A stretch of DNA of 64,000 nt from Glycera tridactyla (lineage: Eukaryota): NCBI GenBank assembly GCA_965644265.1, contig OZ286463.1, positions 48,112,001-48,176,000 on the forward strand, read 5' to 3'. Both the position numbers and the translations under genes were made by a program. The notes below the pieces were generated by a model. It did not search any database and was not told the DNA's origin. It worked only from the letters and a program-made list of their open reading frames with translations. Of the stretch, positions 57,427-64,000 are shown one piece after another (positions within the stretch are counted from its first letter, which is position 1; every line of letters begins with the position of its first letter).

Positions 57427-57626
57427 TCAATATATGGGTGGTGCTCCTTCAATGTGAAGGTTGTCCAAACTGGTGATCATTGTCGATCCTTGGTCGAAGT
57501 TCTTCATAGACACTCCCCCGCCCACGATTTCAGCTACAGTTTCTCTAGTAAGAATAAGTCCGCCATGTTTTACTGGGTCGCAAATGCTGATTGAATGCTC
57601 CTCCAAATTCGGGGGTGACTTCCATT
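57427..57626 (-). CDS. Candidate exon following the VVTAYP exon; contains a degenerate second copy of the domain
   Basis: GGTTTTAG acceptor, phase 1 matching the upstream donor; open 66 aa EWKSPPNLEEHS...VSMKNFDQ...LDNLHIEGAPPIY*. Confidence 0.45.
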
Positions 57627-58059
57627 CTAAAACCACAGGCAACAATGGATTAGTCTATTAAATCTGAGAATCTAATGATCGTGAGAGGTAGGATAGAGCA
57701 CATACATCACATTTGAGCATTTTTATGCGGCTATCTTTGGCGACATGTCTGTCACGGTTCCATTTGCGTGAGAGGTAAGTACCACATTTGGCACTTGAAA
57801 AACGCATATTGAATCAGTTTACGTGAGAATTTATCAGGTTTTATAACACCACAAACTCTCCCTGGCCATTGAACAGGCGAGATGCGAGCCTTCGACCTCA
57901 AGGGCAGGGAAGATCGTGAAATCGTTCAAAAAAGGAGCGAGATCAGTCAAGCGAAAAACTGTTGTCTCCAGTGACGAGGAGACCACGTAACTGTGAGATT
58001 CACCTTGATGCGATCTGTTGAGCAACCCGTTGCTTTGTTACTTAGTTACTTTGACCCAC

Positions 58060-58187
58060 CTGAGATTGGATAAGCAGTCACAACTGCACCTTCTGATACA
58101 ACAACTCGAACCCCAGTCAGGTTATCGAGACGCCCTTGCGAGAATGATGTTGTGCCGACGCTCTCGTCATAATTCCGCATAAAGACA
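58060..58187 (-). CDS. Exon B: toxin-nuclease-like domain C-terminal half (VFMRNYDESVGTTSFSQGRLDNLTGVRVVVSEGAVVTAYPIS)
   Basis: CTATTCACAG acceptor, GTGGGT donor, 128 nt, phase 2-1, open; a paralogous exon with identical phases lies at 63092-63213. Confidence 0.75.
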
Positions 58188-58496
58188 CTGTGAATAGATG
58201 TCCCATGTTAGATTACGGCTTGAACAGTCCCTGAACACGCGTTGTATCCTCCTGTTCGAATAGCTATAAAACATATTCAACTTCTATGGTAGGAAAAACA
58301 ATACTTGAAAACTTTGTTGATTGATTTAAATTGGCGATTAGGGAATAATACTAAATCAGAAATTTGATTTGTATATCAAGAGTTTTCCTTGAGGTTGTTG
58401 TATATATGAAAAATACATAGTATTATTTTAGAAGGCGGAAGCAATTGAGTCAAATTCAATAATTGAGATGTGATCTGAATGTATCAGTGAATATAC

Positions 58497-58607
58497 CGTA
58501 CTACTGAAGATCAACTTATGATCCACAAATCTCGAATATTGTCTGGCAAAAACAGCCAGATCCAAACTATCACTTCCCCCAATCCATCTGAAGTCATCTG
58601 ATAAGGT
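58497..58607 (-). pseudogene. Exon C upstream of exon B (PYQMTSDGLGEVIVWIWLFLPDNIRDLWIIS*SSVVR), one in-frame TGA
   Basis: Pyrimidine tract plus TAG acceptor, CG|GTATAT donor, 111 nt, phase 2-2 compatible with exon B; TGA at 58511-58513. Confidence 0.5.
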
Positions 58608-58815
58608 CTACAACCAGGTGCGTGGTGAAGGTTATGCAAAAATGTAATTTGAAAAAGAAACAACACAATGGAGAAACTACACAATTATAGCTGAAGGGAT
58701 GAGATGTAATAGCCTGCCAGGGAGACTGATGGACAGGTAAATTTGACCTGCCATGTCAACCAGATGATGAATACAATGGATACAGAAATACTGTCACGAG
58801 TGGGTGTTACCTTAC

Positions 58816-58854
58816 CTGTACGTTTTCCTGTCATCAAGGCCACCTTCTGGAAAC
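58816..58854 (-). CDS. Candidate 39-nt exon (FPEGGLDDRKTYR in phase 2-2)
   Basis: CTGCTTTTAG acceptor and strong CAG|GTAAGG donor; open in two frames. Confidence 0.35.
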
Positions 58855-58866
58855 CTAAAAGCAGGT

Positions 58867-59532
58867 TCAGGTCGAGGATACTTTGCTGATCGGTACATTG
58901 TAAAGATGATTGAAGAAATGCACTGGATGCGCACAGTATTCGATTGACAGATAAGCTTGCTGCCTGATATAACTCTCGTATGAAAATGCGTAGAACCGAT
59001 ATTCGCTGAAACCCACTGGTTTCAACAGAAAAACATTCATATGATTCGGACACAATCCACGAAGATGGTTGACGCAGAGGGCCCCTAATGTGAGAGGGGA
59101 CCGTTCCTCCAGACTCGAAGAGCTTAGGTTCTCACTCAGGAAGTTGAGTGTCGTAGCGGTGTCGAGCCCCACCATGTCCAAATCGCAGAAGGTAGATGCT
59201 ATGTGGTGTGTATCGAACTGATATATCAAGTAATACATAATTTTACGAATATAGCGCACCACTTTGTTAATGGCTACAACTTCGCCCATTTTATCCAGGT
59301 CCTTGACGAGAAGGGGGCACTGGAAACGTAGCACAGAGTAGCGTTTGTCGAGGTCGTGTTCACTAAACCCTATAGAGGGAGATTGCAAGAGTTTGCGCAC
59401 TTGACACATGTTATCCAAACGTCGTCTTGTGGTGGCGAGGACTGCCAGGAAACCTGTCATCAAGAGGTTTTTGAACAGAGCGGGTAGCGGGTACATAATA
59501 ATGCTGATACAACTCCGTTTGTCAAACAGCAC
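58867..59532 (-). other. 221-codon ORF with degenerate internal similarity to the exon C/B/D peptides
   Basis: RLDNMCQVR vs RLDNLTGVR; MGEVV vs LGEVI; LEERS vs LEEHS; no true ATG start. Confidence 0.3.
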
Positions 59533-59911
59533 TGACTGAGTGAAGCTTATTCAAGCACTTTTAGGCTGACATTACAAGTTTCAGGACTCACTCATTGTCA
59601 TGCTCAAGAGTGACTGCTCTGAGTATGTCCACAATAATCACTCTTGAGTCTCGTCACAAGGCATCGTACGTTTGTTGCTTGCATATATACACACACAAAG
59701 TGAAAACGGAGGGTGTCAATTCTAGTGTAATAGTGCTGGCATGCTCGCTGTTCACAGAACATCCTTCATCAATCATGCTCGAAGACACTACCGGAAGGAC
59801 CTGATATTGAACAGGTAGGAAGGGGGGGGGGGGGGAGAACCTCTTGCTAAATTCCAATAGCTTTCAATAACTGCCTCCAGATGAAGAACTAGTGGTGGAG
59901 AACCTATGGAC

Positions 59912-60010
59912 CTAGCAGTCGTCAACAAATGCCTCCTGACAGAGGAGGGACCCTATCTTGTCCCGGTAACAGGTGGCAGCCTTCACATCGAAACATTCAG
60001 TGGATGCACT
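59912..60010 (-). CDS. Candidate Cys-containing exon F' (SASTECFDVKAATCYRDKIGSLLCQEAFVDDC*)
   Basis: CTCGCTCCTCAG acceptor; Y-x3-[IM]-G-[SP]-LLC shared with 62120-62204. Confidence 0.35.
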   Translation of the reverse strand, partial: SASTECFDVKAATCYRDKIGSLLCQEAFVDDC

Positions 60011-60472
60011 CTGAGGAGCGAGCGGAGTAAATGCAATGCAATGATTACTAAAAAACGACTCTGTCGGACAAGATTATACTACTCAGGTGGATCTCCAATA
60101 GACCTGCTCCATGCTGAATGGGAAGATATTTTGAATGGCTTCTTGCCCAGTATCAGATTATCATATATCCCCTGTACATTAGCAGGATGAAAATCTACAA
60201 AATCGATAAATCTTCCAAGCCAACTGACTACTAACACCTTTGATACCACCAGAGCTCTAGCAAGTACATGATATTGACCCTGGCTAGTAGAAAATGATAG
60301 CCACAGTTACCAAATTTACAATGCTATGAGCTACTGACATTTTCCATCATGAATATATATTTGAATACAATAAGATACACTAATGAAACAGGTTTTCTCT
60401 AACAATTCAATAATCAAAAGTGAAAAAACCTGGAAATGAAATCAAAGGAAGATATTATCATGAAGACTTACT

Positions 60473-60765
60473 GAGATCACAGGTATGACCCTAGACTTAG
60501 ATCCACAGAGCAAGTGCCACTCCTCAAAGACAGATCACAGGTATGACTCTAGACTTAGATCCACAGAGCAAGTGCCACTCCTCAAAGACTGAAATCAAAG
60601 GTATGATCCTAGACTGAAATCTACAGGGCAAGTGCCACTCCTCAGAGACTGAAATCAAAGGTATAATCCTAGACTGAAATCTACAGGGCAAGTGCCACTC
60701 CTCAGAGACTGAAATCAAAGGTATGATCCTAGACTGAAATCCACAGAGCAAGTGCCACTCCTCAA
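60473..60765. repeat. 59-60-bp minisatellite, 5 copies
   Basis: Unit GA(G/A)ATCA(C/A)AGGTATGA..CTAGACT.A.ATC.ACAG.GCAAGTGCCACTCCTCA.AGAC. Confidence 0.95.
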
Positions 60766-60805
60766 TGCAAAGACAGAAGTGATAGGGGAAGCTTGTAGGA
60801 GAGAC

Positions 60806-60868
60806 CTGAGATATATATCGGTACCCAAGATGAAGACCAATGAGCTCTGTAACCCCTCTCATGAAATT
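60806..60868 (-). pseudogene. Decayed third copy of exon B (FMRGVTELIG...YR..ISG|GT)
   Basis: FMRxxxExIG and ATCTCAG|GT end identical to exon B; internal deletion; acceptor lost; same position relative to the duplicated segment as the 63092 copy. Confidence 0.6.
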
Positions 60869-60877
60869 GTCGATTAT

Positions 60878-61404
60878 GCAGTGAGCAAATGTATACACAA
60901 GTGCCAGTCGATCATTTAAGACACTCAGAAACTATCCCTACACTATTGATGTATATAAGTTGGAGTGAAACCTGTGCTGAGGGATCAGGGAGACAGTCTC
61001 TCACACAAGTCTGGAATATGTAATCCATGTTGCAGCTTGTTGAGGATTGCCTTATATCTCACACACCTGGTATTTGTATGGAGTGAAAACCATGAAAAAA
61101 TATTTCACAGTGGGGGAGAATAAGATTAGAGCTGGCTCCTCAAAGAGGGATAGACTTTTGAGTATCACTGGCATTCTCTCTGGCCTCCCTAGCAAGCGTA
61201 CATCCGGATAGCAGGTGAAATGTCAGTTCCCACTTACAATGTCTGGCTTGAGTAGGAGTCCAGATCCACGATTATAAATGGGGGGGGGGGGGTGCTAGGA
61301 TCGCTTCTTCAGCAGTAGCCAACACTAGACTTGTAGCATGCAGATCAGATGATCGACTCGTATATCCAGTTCAGCAGCTTTATTCCTCCAACCATTGCAT
61401 TGTT
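60878..61404. repeat. Duplicated segment, copy 1 (intron between exon C and exon B homologues)
   Basis: Colinear direct repeat of 63276-63912 from GAGCAAATGTATACACAAGTGCCAGTCGATC to CATTGCATTGTT. Confidence 0.9.
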
Positions 61405-62119
61405 GAAAACCTTCATTTATACTCTACGGGGGAAGGTCATGACCATTTCTCTACCCCTTCGAGTACGAAAAAATACGTTTACAAAAAGGTTATAATGCAA
61501 GACATAGCAAAATACAGTACACGAATGATGTGAGCAAAAATACACTTGTGAATAAGATGTACGGTTTCAAACAACTGGCGTGCATAATGTTTGATATGGT
61601 ATACAGATAATATCTACAATCGGATTCCATGCTTAACAAAACAGAAAAAGATATGCAGTCAAATGGGTATGTGCATTCTTCCCGCTGTTTTGTGGATTGT
61701 GGCACATTCGCAGCAGATTCCGTGCCCGCGGTTGTTTGGCTATCAGTACATGTTACAATGTAGGTTCGAAATACCTTCTCTATGTTACAGATCTGTGATA
61801 GTGCTCTGACTGTGGTACGGTTGGAGATGTTGCTTAAAGAGTCAATCAATTTGTGTCTATGGGTAGCTTTTGAGTGTTCACTCGCCAGTATGTGTCATTT
61901 CCATTTTGATGTGATATGAAATGCAGCTGCGGTATTATCTGTCAAGATTGGAGCCCGAATAGTAGAAGGGGTATGGCTAAACCAACTTGGTCAATTGGAT
62001 CATAGGTAAAATCTGCCAGCTTCACGGTGAAGTCTATGCAGTCTATTAATGGTAGGCTGAAGACAGGCTTTGTTAGCACTTAAGATATCCATGTTCACGG
62101 TACAAGTTGTGACAGGGGG

Positions 62120-62204
62120 TTATCCATGATACCCCTGGTTGTGGCAAAGCAAAGGACCCATCGTGATTTGGTAGTGGAGTCTATTACCAGCGGATGAATC
62201 TAAG
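62120..62204 (-). CDS. Candidate exon F (LDSSAGNRLHYQITMGPLLCHNQGYHG*)
   Basis: CATTTGTATAG acceptor; GPLLC vs GSLLC similarity to 59912-60010. Confidence 0.3.
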
Positions 62205-62769
62205 CTATACAAATGGTAAACAATGATTAATCATCGAAGAGGTATAATGCAAAATCGAGCAGTGTGTGATCCAGGTCCCAACAGTCAAAATGAGAGTAAT
62301 GACTGTTTCAATTGGCAAGCTTCGAGAGGGAAAAGATACAGACTCTCAATTGAATTAAGACAAATTTCTGATGCAGAGATGATGCTCCACATGTAGTTGA
62401 GAATTGCATATGTGAGTCACCTGATTTTCATTCACAGAATAATATTTTTTCGCAATTAATCTGTATCATCGAATACTTGGATACACAAACAAGGATTGTG
62501 CTTCTCAAAATCCGATATAGTGCTAACCCTGGTATTAATCCACGTCGTTAATCCTCAAACAAACAAAACACACAGACTCAATAGCTACAGGATAATCAAG
62601 ACCAGACAAATAGAGTTTCTGAATGTTGGTCAAATACTGCCAATGGCGTTAGGATTGATCAACTCACTTGACATTTTCTATAGATGCTGCGAGGCTAAAC
62701 AAAAAATAAAATTCGTCAGTACGATCTATATTCAGAATAGCACGCTTTTTTCCCAGTGATAAAGATACT

Positions 62770-62940
62770 CTCAAAACATCTGCCAGAAAATGTTTCAGTG
62801 ATTTCAATAACAATCGCTTGTATAATAATGACTCTGCCGATCATTCATCCGCTACCCTCTCTCACAAAACTATTCAGATGAAGTTGAATCGCCTCAAATG
62901 CACCATCCAACAATTGATTCATTGTTCGATTGGTGTCCAC
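62770..62940 (-). mobile_element. Possible Polinton/Maverick- or adintovirus-like coding remnant
   Basis: FEAIQLHLNSFVREGSG*MIGRV resembles the F-x3-GSGW motif; TGA at 62845-62847 where W is expected. Confidence 0.35.
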
Positions 62941-63091
62941 GTAACAGAGAGAGAGAGAGGAGCAAAGTCTACCAAACTGAAAACCGTCTCCATGGATGAG
63001 GAAACATTGTGCTTGAATACACCCCTGAAGCTACATATATATTTCATACCCAGCAACATTAGACTGTTTTTTTGACTGAATATATACTCAC

Positions 63092-63213
63092 CGGATATTG
63101 GATACGCGGTCACCACCTCCTTCCTTGTCCTGACCACTTTATGAGACCATTGCATTGACCTCGCGATTATTTACACTAATCCCATGTTCTGGTTGAAATC
63201 CTTCATATACACA
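63092..63213 (-). pseudogene. Exon B paralogue (VYMKDFNQNMGLV*IIARSMQWSHKVVRTRKEVVTAYPIS), one in-frame TAA
   Basis: TCTTTCTGTTTGCAG acceptor, GTGAGT donor, 122 nt, phase 2-1; TAA at 63171-63173. Confidence 0.75.
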
Positions 63214-63275
63214 CTGCAAACAGAAAGACCCCTCATTATAGCTCATTGCTTTCAAGCACGCTCTTCTATCTAGAG

Positions 63276-63912
63276 GCAATGAGCAAATGTATACACAAGT
63301 GCCAGTCGATCATTTAAGACACTTAGAAACTATCCCCACACTTTTGATGTATATATAAGCTAGCGTGAAAACTGCACAGGGATGAGAAAGACACAGTCTC
63401 TCACACAACCCTGGAACATGGAAAATCAGATGAAACCTGTATGTAAATCATGTTGCATCTCACACACCTGGTATCTATATGGAGATATACTAGAGAACAA
63501 AGTGAAATATATGCTAGAAGCGTGTGAAAGGACCAATCTTCTCTCTTCCACATACCCTAAATACAAGTTAAATACAAGTGAAATACCATAGAAATTAATG
63601 TTTCACAGAGGGGAGAATAAAATTAGAGCTGGATTTTCAGAGGGATAGAGTTTTGAGTATCATTGGGTATTTTCTCTGACCTCTCTAGCCTCTAGCAAGC
63701 GCACATCCAGATAGCAGGTGAAATGTCAGTTCCCACTCACTATGTTTGGCATGAGTAGGGGATCAGATCCAAGGTTATAAATGAAAGTCTGTGACAAAGG
63801 GGATTCCAGGACATCTTCAGCAGAAGCCAACACTGGACTTATAGCATGCAGATCAGATGATCGACTCGTATATCCAGTTCAGCAGCTTTATTCCTCCCAC
63901 CATTGCATTGTT
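63276..63912. repeat. Duplicated segment, copy 2
   Basis: Colinear with 60878-61404, with a ~100-bp insertion. Confidence 0.9.
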
Positions 63913-63983
63913 ACAGCATGAAAATGGCCGACAATGCACATCATGTTGAAGGTTTCAAGTATCCTCTCGTTAGGTCCATTTAC

Positions 63984-64000
63984 CGTGCAAGTACATTTTT
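63984..64000 (-). CDS. 3' end of an exon C homologue, truncated by the window edge (NVLAR|)
   Basis: CG|GTAAAT phase-2 donor, equivalent to CG|GTATAT of exon C; splices in frame to 63213. Confidence 0.45.

Noticed and set aside
56600-60200. Endogenous negative-strand RNA virus L polymerase (GFELLYQKV, GDN, LMEGSL..SPNGVLK look-alikes)
   Set aside because: The motifs need several frameshifts and have wrong spacing (about 48 codons between putative motifs B and C). The motif-B look-alike is the alternative frame of exon B, which is independently explained by its paralogues.
56530-60200. Decayed RTE-X/L2-type LINE spanning the region (FLND, RIGHLP, CRVC, AATAAA plus tail)
   Set aside because: Canonical RT motifs (KAFD, QG, YADD) are absent without invoking many indels, and canonical splice sites with duplicated exons lie inside it. 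Part of 56.5-58.0 kb could still be LINE-derived; a frameshift-aware blastx would decide.
60473-60765. CRISPR-like array or repeat-protein ORF (60524-60898)
   Set aside because: Whole units repeat with no unique spacers, in a eukaryotic context; the ORF is a by-product of the 60-bp period.
60878-63912. LTR pair of a TRIM/LTR element
   Set aside because: No clear TG...CA ends, PBS, PPT or TSD; homology extends into the flanking exon copies, favouring segmental duplication.

Overview
Repeat-rich, AT-rich animal genomic DNA with three N gaps; the taxon cannot be fixed from the sequence, though it reads as an invertebrate. Positions 1-48.3 kb carry the last five coding exons of a Limpet/FHL-type LIM-domain gene (+ strand, all GT-AG, phases consistent, 294 aa in window); its 5' exons were not found and probably lie upstream. 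Its introns contain a near-intact CR1/L2-type LINE, TA-flanked Tc1/mariner-type MITEs, copies of a SINE family, a Helentron-like element and microsatellites. The most interesting signal is at about 56.5-64 kb on the - strand, convergent with the LIM gene, and is largely missed by the ORF track. It is a tandem cluster of at least three paralogous, intron-containing (pseudo)gene units. They share an exon encoding V[FY]M[RK][ND][YF][DN]xx[VM]G...VVTAYPIS, bounded by the same splice phases. By eye this peptide resembles the C-terminal nuclease domains of bacterial polymorphic toxins (CdiA/RHS type). The duplicated exon is seen directly; the toxin identity is inference and needs profile or structure searches.
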